Origin: an uncultured delta proteobacterium
Lineage (GTDB): Bacteria; Desulfobacterota; GWC2-55-46
Direction: 5' to 3'
Assembly: GCA_963727865.1 (NCBI GenBank)
Contig: CAVSHY010000011.1
Location: 4,161 to 68,160, forward strand
Length of the DNA stretch: 64,000 bases
A program made the translations under genes and the position numbers. Shown here piece after piece: positions 39,386 through 49,344 of this stretch. The notes beneath the pieces were generated by a model. It saw only the letters and a program-made list of their open reading frames with translations. It had not been told where the DNA came from and made no database searches. Each line of letters opens with the position of its first letter. The first letter of the stretch is position 1.

Positions 39386-39523
39386 CTCGTTCTTATGCTC
39401 ACGCGTTTTGTGAAACATGAGCGGATGGCGTAACAACAATCGACGGCCCTTCAGCCGACGGCCCTTCAGCCCTGAAAATCAGCGCCTAAAAGATTCATGG
39501 ATTCAGAGATACAGGGATTACCC

Positions 39524-39730
39524 CTATTCCTGTATCCTTCTGGCGCTTTTCTTAGAAGCCTTTGCGCGGCGTTTTGCCGCTTCCTGCCGTTTCCTCTTCT
39601 TCTTTACGCTGGGTTTTTCATAGAACCTTCTTCTCTTTATCTCTTTGAAGGTCCCGTCCTGAGCGAGCTTGCGCTTTAGGATCTTAAGCGCTTTTTCAAG
39701 CTGGTCATCATAAACCTTAACCTCTGACAA
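39524..39730 (-). CDS. rpsU: 30S ribosomal protein S21
   Basis: LEKALKILKRK...EIKRRRFYEKPSVKKKRK. Confidence 0.93.
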   Translation of the reverse strand: MSEVKVYDDQLEKALKILKRKLAQDGTFKEIKRRRFYEKPSVKKKRKRQEAAKRRAKASKKSARRIQE

Positions 39731-40072
39731 AAGTTAACACCCCCCCATGATAAAAATGTTTTTTCTTAAAACCTGCCGCTTCTTTCATCTGAAGCCGCGA
39801 TCGCGGCAAGTAAGTGATATCCTTATGACTTTTACGCAATCTGCTATAAGGGAATGTTAACTTGCCCGCTGTAATTAAAAATTATATCAAAAACCTCCAA
39901 TAAGTCAAACATTTTAACCTTCCCATGCCTATCACGCCTTAAAAAATTATTATTTTGAAAACTCATAAAATTTGCTATTATTATGCGTAAGTTTTATTGA
40001 AACAAAAAAACAAATAACATAAGAGTCAAGGCTGTGATTGTAGACAATCTTTTCATTATTGCGACTAAAACA

Positions 40073-40187
40073 TTGAAGCTCCCCGCGGCAAGCCGCGGGG
40101 AATCTTACAAATGTAAGGGAACTATTTCTATCCGCTCGCTTGAACCCGCCGCACAGCAGCGGGCAGGTGACAAGCGTCGCATTTTCA
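40073..40187 (+). mobile_element. Palindromic element copy E (core only), in frame at the start of a lipoprotein gene
   Basis: TTGA 40073-40076 followed by a 111-nt core ending TTCA at 40187. Confidence 0.8.
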
Positions 40188-40594
40188 AAGCGCTTCAACT
40201 GATGCTCGTCATTTTAGCGGCAATGTCGCTTACGGGATGCGTTACGAGAGAGTCCTATGACCGGGATATCGGGGAACTGCAGAGGAGACTCGTAAACGAA
40301 CGGAGCGACAAAGAGTCCGCCGTACATGCGATGGAGCTTAAGCTTAAGGATCGCGCTAAGACCCTTGAAGTACTTACTGAAAGATACAGCAAGCTCGAGC
40401 AGGAAAAATTATCTCAGGGAAACTTGCGCTACAGCAAGGACGATCTGGAATTCCTGTTAAAAAAGATAAAAGAACTGAAGGTAGAGGTCCGTGATAACAT
40501 TACAGGCGCTAAAGCGGTTGAAATGACGGAAACCTTGAAAGAGATGGAGCACAAGGTTAATCTTCTCTTAGGGAACCCTGGGTACTTCGAATAA
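40073..40594 (+). CDS. Putative coiled-coil lipoprotein
   Basis: Lipobox SLTG-C after a hydrophobic stretch, then a long coiled coil. Start uncertain because of the inserted element. Confidence 0.6.
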   Translation: MKLPAASRGESYKCKGTISIRSLEPAAQQRAGDKRRIFKALQLMLVILAAMSLTGCVTRESYDRDIGELQRRLVNERSDKESAVHAMELKLKDRAKTLEVLTERYSKLEQEKLSQGNLRYSKDDLEFLLKKIKELKVEVRDNITGAKAVEMTETLKEMEHKVNLLLGNPGYFE

Positions 40595-40694
40595 TACTGA
40601 TTTAATCCCGGACTGTGAAACAGCGCGGCTTTTTTCCATAAAAGCCTTCCAGATGTCCGCTGGCGCGGCCTTCGCGCCTCCTTTCGAGGCCTCA

Positions 40695-42239
40695 TCACTT
40701 ATCTGAAAAAGTCTTTAACTTCTTACAGCGCTTCGGGTGTCTGAGTTTCCGCAGGGCCTTGGCCTCTATCTGACGGATCCTTTCACGGGTAACGTTAAAA
40801 TGAGCCCCGACTTCCTCGAGCGTATGGTCTTTGTTTTCCCCTATGCCGAATCTCATCCTCAATACTTTTTCCTCCCGCTGGGAAAGCGTTGAAAGAACTT
40901 CGTTCATATGCCCGGTTAGGTCGTTACTTACGATTTCGTCGTGCGGCACGGCCGCCTCTTTGTCCTCGATGAAATCCCCGAGCATGCTCCCCCCGTCGTC
41001 GCCCACGGGCGTTTCCAGGGAAATCGGCTCCTTGGCTATTTTCATTATCTTTCTGATCTTTTCTGTGGGGAGGTTCATCTTCTCGGCCAGCTCTTCGGGC
41101 ATGGGTTCCCTGCCGGTCTCCTGCACGATGGAGTTGGATATCCGGATAAGCCTGTTTATCGTCTCTATCATGTGAACGGGTATGCGTATTGTCCGCGCCT
41201 GGTCGGCTATGGACCTTGATATGGCCTGGCGTATCCACCATGTGGCATAGGTCGAGAACTTGTAGCCTCTCCTGTATTCGAACTTCTCAACCGCCCGCAT
41301 AAGCCCGATATTGCCTTCCTGTATGAGGTCAAGGAACTGCAGCCCCCTGTTTATATATCTCCTGGCTATGCTAACCACAAGCCTTAAGTTCGCCTTGATG
41401 AGCTTCTCCTTGGCCCCTTCTACGCGGCTCTCGATCTCATTCAACGACCTGACCATCCCCGAGATCTCGTCATAATCAAGGCCGGCCCTCGCGTTCAGAT
41501 CGCCTATGGCGCCGTTTAAAACCTTAAGTTCTTTGAAATAATTCTCGAAAACTTCCCTTTTAACCTTAAGAGGCACTTTTTTGCCTTTCTTTAGCTCCCT
41601 GTGCGCCCTTGTAATCCCCTTTTCGGGCAGTCCCACGGCCTTTTCTATACTGGACTTTTCTCTTTCAAGTCCTTTGAACTCCTGCTCGATCCCCCACAGT
41701 TTTTCTATCACGAGCTCGTATATGTTGGCTCTCTTCTCTATTTCTATGAGGAGCGCGACAAGCTCGTCTTCATATTTGGAGCGGGCCCGTTTTGAGACAA
41801 ACTTTTTATAAAGAGCGTTGGCTTCGTCTATCTTAGTCAGGATATCGCTGAGGTCCTGCTCATCCTCGCTAAGTATCCCCTCGTCGTCGTCGTATTCAAT
41901 TACTTCTTCGGTCCCTTTCCTTTCAATGAGCCTTTTTTTAAGGTCATTCAATTCGTCTATTATTACATGGGACCTCAGGAACTCCTTCGTTATAGAGATT
42001 TTGCCCTCTTCTATCTCCTTGGCGAGCGCGACCTCCCCTTCTTTTGAAAGAAGGAATACAGAGCCCATCTCCCTCAGGTAAGCCTTTACCGGGTCAGAGA
42101 CCGCTCCGGGCACATCTTCTTCGGAAGCTTGCCGGTTCGGGGTTTCATTGACCTCCGCGCTGAGGCGGGTGTCATCCATGTCCATCTCGGAGTCAGCTTC
42201 TGTTTCGTTATCCTCGGGGATTTCCTTTGTGTCTTCCAT
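40695..42239 (-). CDS. rpoD: RNA polymerase sigma factor RpoD (dnaG-linked)
   Basis: [55 protein letters not shown]...[20 protein letters not shown]. Confidence 0.95.
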   Translation of the reverse strand: MEDTKEIPEDNETEADSEMDMDDTRLSAEVNETPNRQASEEDVPGAVSDPVKAYLREMGSVFLLSKEGEVALAKEIEEGKISITKEFLRSHVIIDELNDLKKRLIERKGTEEVIEYDDDEGILSEDEQDLSDILTKIDEANALYKKFVSKRARSKYEDELVALLIEIEKRANIYELVIEKLWGIEQEFKGLEREKSSIEKAVGLPEKGITRAHRELKKGKKVPLKVKREVFENYFKELKVLNGAIGDLNARAGLDYDEISGMVRSLNEIESRVEGAKEKLIKANLRLVVSIARRYINRGLQFLDLIQEGNIGLMRAVEKFEYRRGYKFSTYATWWIRQAISRSIADQARTIRIPVHMIETINRLIRISNSIVQETGREPMPEELAEKMNLPTEKIRKIMKIAKEPISLETPVGDDGGSMLGDFIEDKEAAVPHDEIVSNDLTGHMNEVLSTLSQREEKVLRMRFGIGENKDHTLEEVGAHFNVTRERIRQIEAKALRKLRHPKRCKKLKTFSDK

Positions 42240-42332
42240 TTTTCCGTTTAATTTCCGGTATTGGTTAAATTTCTTACTTGCTTTTATTTATGCGCCGTTG
42301 TCTTTTCGCCTTATCGAAGACCATTGCCAAAC

Positions 42333-44075
42333 TCAATGCCTTTCTTTTTTTCCTGTCCCCTCTATCCTTTTTTTTATGTCGCGAGCGACCTCTGATCTTC
42401 CGGTCTCTTCAAGCCTTTTGATCATCTCCTCTGTTGTTGCCTTGATTTTACCTTTATTTAATATCCTATTCAAACAATCTTTCAACATTTTTTCAGGCTC
42501 TTCTATAAATCCGTCATCGTCCTTAATGAGCAGGCCCGCGATGAATCCCCTGACCGCGTCGTCCGCAACTTCGTCAATAAGGGCCTCCGTGCCTCTTCCG
42601 CCATTTTTGCAGAAATTTAAAATAGCGCTTCCCGCCTTTCTGAGCAAAGGGTCCTCAAAAGAGTTTATCACTTCCTCTACCTTTTCGTCATAAAGTTCGG
42701 GATGCTTTAATATAACCTTTAATACCGTCAATTCTTTTAATTTTGAGCTCCGTGCCTCGATAGCCCCGGCGCCTTTAAAGGTTTTCCCGGCGCTAAAGGT
42801 CTCCTTTAAAGGGGTTTTAAGCGCTTCAAAGACCGACCCGACGGCGATCCCCAGGATAGACGCCGTAAAAGCCGCGTAGTGGTCTCTTTCGGCTACGTTC
42901 TTCACCCTGGAAAGATACTCCAGGGCGCTCTTGAGATACTTTGACTTTCCCTCAGGGGCAGATGTGTCGATCTTTTTTTGAAGCTCATTAAGGTAGAACT
43001 CCATAAGCGGCTCGGCCTTTTTAATCGCTTCTTCCATGCCTTTCCCCCCCGCGATCGCCAGGAACTCATCCGGGTCCTTGGCCTGAGGGAGGATAACTGC
43101 CCTGCATGAAAGCTCCTCGTTAAGAAAGAGATTAAGCGCCCTTATGGCGGCGTTTTTTCCGGCCTCGTCAGAGTCAAAAAGCACATAGACCAGAGGGGCG
43201 TAACCCTTAAGCGACTTAAGGTGCTCTACCGTCAAAGCGGTGCCCATCGTGGCGACGCTATTAGTAAAACCATGATAGTGAAGGGCAAGAAGGTCAAAGT
43301 ATCCTTCCACAATTATCACCTTGCCTTCCTTTATTATGCCCTGTTTTGCCTGATAAAACCCGTAAAGGGTCTCCCCCTTTTTAAACACATTTGATTCCGG
43401 GGAATTCAGATACTTCGGCTCCCCGCCGCCAAGGGCCCTCCCCCCAAAGCCGATTACCCTGCCCTTTACGTCGGTTATCGGGAACATTAACCTCCCCCTG
43501 AACCTGTCGTAAAACCCTTTTTCCTTTTTTATTATCAGCCCGGCCTTTTCAGCCGCATCCATGGTTACGCCTTTTTTCCTGAGATACCCCGTAAGCCCTT
43601 CCCACCTTTCAGGGGCGAAGCCGAGGCCGAACTTATTTGTAATATCCCCGCTCTCATAACCTCTTTTTTTAAGATATAAGGCAGCCTCTTTCCCGGCTGT
43701 CCCCTTGAGCTCATCGGTAAAATACTCGGCTGAGGTATTAAGCGCCTGATACAAAAGATCCCTTTGGTCTGGCGTTCCCTTTTTTGTCTCGGGTATTATG
43801 ACCCCGAACCTTTTCGCAAGGCTTTTTACAGCCTCGGGGAAGGTTATCCCTTCTTTTTTCATGACAAAGGTAATGGCGTTGCCGGTCTCACCGCAGCCAA
43901 AACAATGAAATATATTCTTCTCACCGCTTACCGTAAAGGACGGAGTCTTCTCAGAATGAAAAGGGCAGAGGCCGATATGGTTCTGCCCCCTTTTCCGCAA
44001 AGGCAGGTACTCCGAGATTACCTGAACGATATCCGCGCGGTCTTTGACCTCTTCTATCTTTTCTTTCGGTATCAT
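42333..44075 (-). CDS. dnaG: DNA primase
   Basis: CPFHSEKTPSF...HCFGC, DRFRGRLMFPI, KYLNSPE, VEGYFD, FDSDEAG, KDPD. Confidence 0.97.
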   Translation of the reverse strand: MIPKEKIEEVKDRADIVQVISEYLPLRKRGQNHIGLCPFHSEKTPSFTVSGEKNIFHCFGCGETGNAITFVMKKEGITFPEAVKSLAKRFGVIIPETKKGTPDQRDLLYQALNTSAEYFTDELKGTAGKEAALYLKKRGYESGDITNKFGLGFAPERWEGLTGYLRKKGVTMDAAEKAGLIIKKEKGFYDRFRGRLMFPITDVKGRVIGFGGRALGGGEPKYLNSPESNVFKKGETLYGFYQAKQGIIKEGKVIIVEGYFDLLALHYHGFTNSVATMGTALTVEHLKSLKGYAPLVYVLFDSDEAGKNAAIRALNLFLNEELSCRAVILPQAKDPDEFLAIAGGKGMEEAIKKAEPLMEFYLNELQKKIDTSAPEGKSKYLKSALEYLSRVKNVAERDHYAAFTASILGIAVGSVFEALKTPLKETFSAGKTFKGAGAIEARSSKLKELTVLKVILKHPELYDEKVEEVINSFEDPLLRKAGSAILNFCKNGGRGTEALIDEVADDAVRGFIAGLLIKDDDGFIEEPEKMLKDCLNRILNKGKIKATTEEMIKRLEETGRSEVARDIKKRIEGTGKKERH

Positions 44076-44096
44076 TTCGCCCTTATCTGAGAATCG

Positions 44097-46412
44097 CTAC
44101 GCGAGGTCAACGACCGTAACCCCGGCCCCGCCCTGAGCCTGCTCTCCGTAACGAAACCCCTTTACCAGGGGATTTGCGCCAAGGTACTCCTCGATCCCCT
44201 TCGCGAGCTTTCCCGTGCCTATGCCGTGGATTATCTCCACCCTGTTGAGTCCGCCCGCGTGCGCGTTATCCAGGAATTTCGTAACAAGGGGGATCGCCTC
44301 TTGAACCCTCATGCCTATGATGTTTATGGAATGGGTCGCCTGCAACCAGGAGTCGATAGTAAGAACCTGCGCGCTCTTTTTATCTTCCCCGACTCTCTTA
44401 TTGAGCTTGCCCCACGCCACCCAGACCTTGAGGTTCCCTACCATAATCTCCGCTTTTTTCCCCTCTTCATCAATTTTAAGAACTACCCCTTTCGTGTTCG
44501 ACCCCGAGATCATGACCCTGTCCCCGGCGGAGGGGACGTATCTCCGAGGCTCGCCTTTAAGGCTGGAGAGCGCCTTCCCGCCTATCTCTTCGACCTTGAC
44601 AGACGCCCGGTAAGGCGACGCCTTGAGTCTCTCCTCCCTCACCCTGTTTACGGTCTCTCTTATCTCGCCTTCGGCCTCCCTTATGATCGACTCGACCTTT
44701 CCCCTCGCCTTTTTAAAGAGTTCTTCCCGTTCGCCCCTGAGCCTTTCTATCGCCTTGTCCCTCCTGCCTTCCAGAACGAGAAGCCTCTCCTTTATCTTCC
44801 TTATCTCTTCCCTTTCTTCTTCAAGGCTCCTTACGGATTCGATGAATACCGCTTCTTTTTCCCTGAGATGAGCCCTCGCCTTTTCTATCAACTCCGACGG
44901 CATCCCGAGGCTCTGGGCTATAGAAAGCCCGAGGCTGGGCCCGGGAACGCCATAGCGCAGCCTGTAGAGGGGCCTTAAAGTCTTCTCATCGAACTCGACC
45001 GACGCGTTCACATAGTCAGGGTCGACCTGCGCATGGGCCTTTATCACGTTCGAATGGGTCGTTATCACGGTTACCGCCCCTATCTCTTTAAATCGCTCTA
45101 TGACGGCGAGGGCCAGGGCGCTTCCTTCCGATGGGTCGGTGCCCGCGCCCAGCTCGTCAATGAGCACGAGGGAATCGGGCCCAGCGGACGCAAGGAACTC
45201 GCGGATCCTTTTCACATGCGCCGAGAATGTGCTTAAGCTCGCTATGATATCCTGCCTGTCTCCGATATCCGAAAAAATGGAGTTGAAGATAACCGCCTCG
45301 CTCCCCTCATCCACCGGGACCGGTATCGCGGAAAGCGCCATTATGGCCAGGAGCCCCAGGGTCTTAAGGGCGACGGTCTTGCCGCCGGTATTGGCCCCTG
45401 ATATTACAAGCACCTTGCGTCCTTCGGGTATGGATACGTCTATGGGTATGACCTTATCCCCGCCCTTTAGCTCCTTTAATATGAGCAGCGGGTGTCTCGC
45501 GCCCTTGAAATTCACGGCCCCCCCGGCCTTAATGACAGGCGCTATCGCTTTTGTTTTCTTCGCGAAGAGAGCCTTTGCCTGGACGAGGTCGAGTTCCCCG
45601 ATAGCCGCGAGATCTCTTGAAAGAACCTCTTTTTCCGGGATTATCAACCGGGTCGCGGCCTTAAGGATCTCGATCTCCTCGCTTTTCTCCTCTTTTTTGA
45701 GTATCGCGACCCTGTTATTGAGCTCGACGAGCTGCATCGGCTCTATGAAGTAAGTAGCCCCGCTTCCGGATCTTCCGTGAATAATCCCGCTTATATTCGT
45801 GTGCTTGCCGGCCATAACCGAAAGCACATACCGGTCATCCCTTATGGTTATAAAATCTTCCTGCAAGAATTCCTTGTATTTTTTGTCCTTGCAGATATCC
45901 TCGAGTATGTACCGCGCCCTTTCCTTGCTGGAACGTATCTCTTTCCTGATAGAGTAAAGCCCGTGAGAGGCGGTGTCTTTTATCCCGCCCTTTTCATCAA
46001 GTATGCGCTCAAGCTCGCAATATACGGGTTTAAGGTCAGAAAGCGCTTCTATCTTTGACGAGATCTTTGGATATTTCCTGGAAAAGGATGGGTTTAAGAT
46101 CGCCTTGAGCTGTAATACGGCTTCCAGGTTATTTCTTATCGCGAGAAGTTCTTCGGGAAGTAAAAACGCGCCGAGGTCCGCCTTGCCGAGGATTTCCCTT
46201 ATATCAGTTACTCCCCCGAGCGGAAGCTTTCCGGATACCTCGGATATTTCCCGTACCTCTAAGAATTCCTTAAAGGCCTCTTCTATACCGCCGGCGTCCC
46301 CGGAAGGCCGGAGCCCTTCCACTTTTTCCCTGCCCGGAGATGTAACCGTAAAGCTCGCGATCTCCCTTAAGACCGCCGGGTATTCCAGTGTTTCTAAAGT
46401 AGTATCATCCAC
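44097..46412 (-). CDS. mutS2: Endonuclease MutS2
   Basis: SGSGATYFIEP, ARHPLL, GANTGGKT, DELGAGTDPSEG, C-terminal Smr domain (IIHGIGTG, GGAGVTVV). Confidence 0.93.
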   Translation of the reverse strand: MDDTTLETLEYPAVLREIASFTVTSPGREKVEGLRPSGDAGGIEEAFKEFLEVREISEVSGKLPLGGVTDIREILGKADLGAFLLPEELLAIRNNLEAVLQLKAILNPSFSRKYPKISSKIEALSDLKPVYCELERILDEKGGIKDTASHGLYSIRKEIRSSKERARYILEDICKDKKYKEFLQEDFITIRDDRYVLSVMAGKHTNISGIIHGRSGSGATYFIEPMQLVELNNRVAILKKEEKSEEIEILKAATRLIIPEKEVLSRDLAAIGELDLVQAKALFAKKTKAIAPVIKAGGAVNFKGARHPLLILKELKGGDKVIPIDVSIPEGRKVLVISGANTGGKTVALKTLGLLAIMALSAIPVPVDEGSEAVIFNSIFSDIGDRQDIIASLSTFSAHVKRIREFLASAGPDSLVLIDELGAGTDPSEGSALALAVIERFKEIGAVTVITTHSNVIKAHAQVDPDYVNASVEFDEKTLRPLYRLRYGVPGPSLGLSIAQSLGMPSELIEKARAHLREKEAVFIESVRSLEEEREEIRKIKERLLVLEGRRDKAIERLRGEREELFKKARGKVESIIREAEGEIRETVNRVREERLKASPYRASVKVEEIGGKALSSLKGEPRRYVPSAGDRVMISGSNTKGVVLKIDEEGKKAEIMVGNLKVWVAWGKLNKRVGEDKKSAQVLTIDSWLQATHSINIIGMRVQEAIPLVTKFLDNAHAGGLNRVEIIHGIGTGKLAKGIEEYLGANPLVKGFRYGEQAQGGAGVTVVDLA

Positions 46413-46434
46413 GGCACTTCACTATAAGCGGCTG

Positions 46435-47388
46435 TTAAGTTCTTGCTACCCTTTTGAATCCCGAGGCCTCAATCACCTTTACATCCGTAAGTACCCGGTC
46501 GAGAAGGAGGTTCATGCCGAGGTTGTCGCTTGAGATGTGCCCGGCGATGACGACGTTAATATGGTTTTTCCCGGCCTCCTCACGGTGTTCCTCGCTTATA
46601 TGCATCCCGACCACGGTGCCGACACCGGCCTGGGAGAGCTTTTCAAAGGCTTTTTTGCTGCCCCCCGTGCCGCCGGTCATGTCCACGAAGACCTTGCCGG
46701 CGTTTCTCTTTTCCGAGCCGCATACGACCTTCGGCCCAAACGTCTCGTTTGCGGCGTAAGAATACTCGGGTATGTCGTAGAGGATGTCCATTATGTCGGA
46801 GACATATCGAGGGGCCTTTTCATCGAAGAGTTTCTGCAGATGATCCGTAACCGCGTTATCCGAAGGCGTATGGATGCACATAAGAGGGATGTCAAGGAGC
46901 CTCGCGGCGTCAACCGCCCTGTTATGGTTTATCGGCATAAGGCGTCTCTCGACCTCTTTAATGCGCTCTTCCATTATGTCCTCCGCCACGTTAATAGGCA
47001 CGCCGCCGTATTTCAGGAGTATATCAGACTGCATGCCCATTACGGCGTAGAGGTTAGCCATGGCCCTGCCCTCGGGATGGTGCGATATTATGAGGTCGAC
47101 CGGCCTTCCTCGCTCCCTGAGCCTGTCGGCAAGGAGTATCTCCGCCACCTCCATGTCTATGCCGACAAGTACGCTCTTAACTTCCCTTTCAGGGTCTCCG
47201 TAAAGCACCCTGGTATCGGAGTAAGGGTTGGAGAGGCGTTCTTTATCGAATCTTTTTTTCTCCTTTTCCTTAAGTTCATCAAAATCCTTCTTCGCGCGTT
47301 CGAGCTCCGCGGTAACGTCTTTGAGCCCGCGCGGGTCGGCCTCCATCCCTCTTTTTATCGTTCTTTCGTATATCTCTTTTATCTTCAT
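46435..47388 (-). CDS. NIF3/NGG1-interacting factor family protein
   Basis: NPYSDTR, GIDME, SHHPEG, HTPSDN, AGHISSDNLG; start reassigned to MKIKEIY. Confidence 0.75.
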   Translation of the reverse strand: MKIKEIYERTIKRGMEADPRGLKDVTAELERAKKDFDELKEKEKKRFDKERLSNPYSDTRVLYGDPEREVKSVLVGIDMEVAEILLADRLRERGRPVDLIISHHPEGRAMANLYAVMGMQSDILLKYGGVPINVAEDIMEERIKEVERRLMPINHNRAVDAARLLDIPLMCIHTPSDNAVTDHLQKLFDEKAPRYVSDIMDILYDIPEYSYAANETFGPKVVCGSEKRNAGKVFVDMTGGTGGSKKAFEKLSQAGVGTVVGMHISEEHREEAGKNHINVVIAGHISSDNLGMNLLLDRVLTDVKVIEASGFKRVART

Positions 47389-47436
47389 TTTTTTATTATA
47401 CTGACACTGTATGATTTTTTGAACGGACATTGACAA

Positions 47437-47883
47437 TCAACCGCCGAGGACTTCCTTTACCGCGTCGTTTATAGCCTTGCCGTCAGCCTTTCCCTTAAGC
47501 TCAGGCATCACTGCCTTCATCAGCTTCCCCATATCCTTCATTCCGGCCGCTCCGACCTCGGCCGCGGCCTTTTTGACGATCGTACGGAGGTCCTCAACTG
47601 AAAGCTGCGGAGGCATGTAGCGTTTGAGTATTTCAACTTCCTTTTCTTCCTTTTCCGCGAGGTCGTTTCTATTGCCTTTCCTGAACTGCTCGATCGAGTC
47701 CTGCCGCTGGCGTAAGAGGGTCGCCACAACCTGACGGACCTCGTCGTCATTGAGCTCTCTTTTCAGGTCAAGTTCCTTGTATTTAATCGAGCTCACGAGG
47801 AGGCGCACCGTAGAGAGCTTCAGTTTATCGCCCGCCTTCATCGCCGCGGTCATATCTTTCGTAATATCGTCTCTCAGTCCCAT
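47437..47883 (-). CDS. GatB/YqeY domain protein
   Basis: AMKAGDK, QRQDSIEQF...R.DL, YMPPQLS, KDMGKLM, GKADG. Confidence 0.92.
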   Translation of the reverse strand: MGLRDDITKDMTAAMKAGDKLKLSTVRLLVSSIKYKELDLKRELNDDEVRQVVATLLRQRQDSIEQFRKGNRNDLAEKEEKEVEILKRYMPPQLSVEDLRTIVKKAAAEVGAAGMKDMGKLMKAVMPELKGKADGKAINDAVKEVLGG

Positions 47884-48026
47884 TATCGGTCTCCTTATAT
47901 GAAACTATAGCAAGTTGTCAAAAATCATCCCGCTATTTCGATCCATGGATCATTAAACTGCGGGATATTTTAAAGATCATGACGGATTTAAAAAAACTTT
48001 TTGCCTCGCTCGAATACGCCGGTTTT

Positions 48027-48614
48027 TTACCCGCTCTTTTTAAGCTCGATGAGCACAAGCTTTACGATCGCTTTCAGGGTCTCAAAAACTCCCGTGCCGC
48101 TGCTTGCCGTAGACTCGAAATCGGGGACACCGTTTACATTAAGAACCTTTTTAAGCTCGGTAACGGGGACGATATTCGGCAGGTCCCTCTTATTGTACTG
48201 GATCACGTAAGGGATTTGACTGAGGCTATAGCCCTGCTCCTCAAGGTTAATACTCATGTTGTCAAAACTCTCTATATTGGCGTCCATCCTCTCCAGCTGG
48301 GAATCGGCGACGAATACTATGCCGTCGACTCCTTTAAGGATGAGCTTTCTTGAGGCGTCATAGAATATCTGCCCGGGCACGGTATAGAGGTGAAACCTGG
48401 TCTTGAAGCCTTTTATATCTCCGAGGGCGAGAGGCAGAAAATCGAAAAAAAGCGTCCTTTCGGTTTCGGTCGCAAGGGTTATCATCTTCCCCTTGGCCTC
48501 AGGCCTTGTCTTTCTGTAAATAAATTGAAGGTTGGTCGTCTTGCCGCAGAGGCCAGGACCGTAATACACGATCTTACAGTTTATTTCTCTTGAGGAGTAG
48601 TTTATAAATGACAT
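48027..48614 (-). CDS. mglA: Small Ras-like GTPase MglA
   Basis: MSFINYSSREINCKIVYYGPGLCGKTTNL, RTLFFDFLPL, YTVPGQ, YNKRDL. Confidence 0.96.
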   Translation of the reverse strand: MSFINYSSREINCKIVYYGPGLCGKTTNLQFIYRKTRPEAKGKMITLATETERTLFFDFLPLALGDIKGFKTRFHLYTVPGQIFYDASRKLILKGVDGIVFVADSQLERMDANIESFDNMSINLEEQGYSLSQIPYVIQYNKRDLPNIVPVTELKKVLNVNGVPDFESTASSGTGVFETLKAIVKLVLIELKKSG

Positions 48615-48771
48615 TTTTAGGGGTTCATTAAATTCTAAAAAAGCCTTGGTGGACTGGCCTGTTTAAAAAACCTGTAACCTTCCGGCAATAAAATAGACGC
48701 TTAAAATGGCATGTTCATTACGGACAGGGGCCGTGAGGCCGTAATATAAGAATTTATCTGACTGGCGCAAA

Positions 48772-49254
48772 CTACTGGAAGAGCCTTTCAATATCCTCGT
48801 CTGTTATCTCCTGCAAAAGGGTCTCTTTTTCCATGCCCGCCTCCATCTTGGCGAGAAGCTTCTGTATGCTTTTGTTGAGCTCTTCGCAGGCCTTCTTTAC
48901 CCTGAGCCTCACAAGTCCTATGGAAGACTTTTTATCGAAGATGACGACGAGTATAACCCTCTGGCCCACAACGGATATATGGATATTATCCCGTTCGCCC
49001 TCGTGAAAAAGTATGGAGAACTCTTTCTCCCCGATGAGTTTAGCGAGCCCCCCGGTAGCCGCGATATTCCCGGCGGTAAGGGAAGCGAGCGAAGTGGCGT
49101 CGATGTCTTTGGTCTGCCCGCTCGAGGAGATGAGCTGACCGTCCTTGTCGACGAGATAGACGCATTTTGCGCTGGCCTCGCGCAAAAGCTTCTCGAGTAT
49201 GGAGGTAATCTCCCGATACTCCTCTTCAAACATTATGAAAGAGCTTTGCGGCAT
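48772..49254 (-). CDS. mglB: Roadblock/LC7 protein MglB
   Basis: LVDKDGQLI, SLASLTAGNIAATGGLAKLIGE, GLVRLRVKKA, EITDEDIERLF. Confidence 0.95.
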   Translation of the reverse strand: MPQSSFIMFEEEYREITSILEKLLREASAKCVYLVDKDGQLISSSGQTKDIDATSLASLTAGNIAATGGLAKLIGEKEFSILFHEGERDNIHISVVGQRVILVVIFDKKSSIGLVRLRVKKACEELNKSIQKLLAKMEAGMEKETLLQEITDEDIERLFQ

Positions 49255-49344
49255 AAAAGAACCTCTCCTTAGGGTTTGCTGCGTATTGTAAGGATAGCGG
49301 CAGGGGAAGTCCCCTGATGCCGGCGACGGCGATCTTCAAAGATG

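Noticed and set aside
39441-39470. Tandem 15-mer CGACGGCCCTTCAGC x2
   Set aside because: A single local duplication between convergent genes, with no further structure.
37103-40198. ORFs 37103-37621, 37922-39238 and 39950-40198 as genes
   Set aside because: They are antisense shadows of acs or translations of the palindromic element, with no recognisable motifs.
44226-47433. Long plus-strand ORFs opposite mutS2 and NIF3 (and similar ORFs elsewhere)
   Set aside because: Antisense shadow frames of well-supported minus-strand genes.
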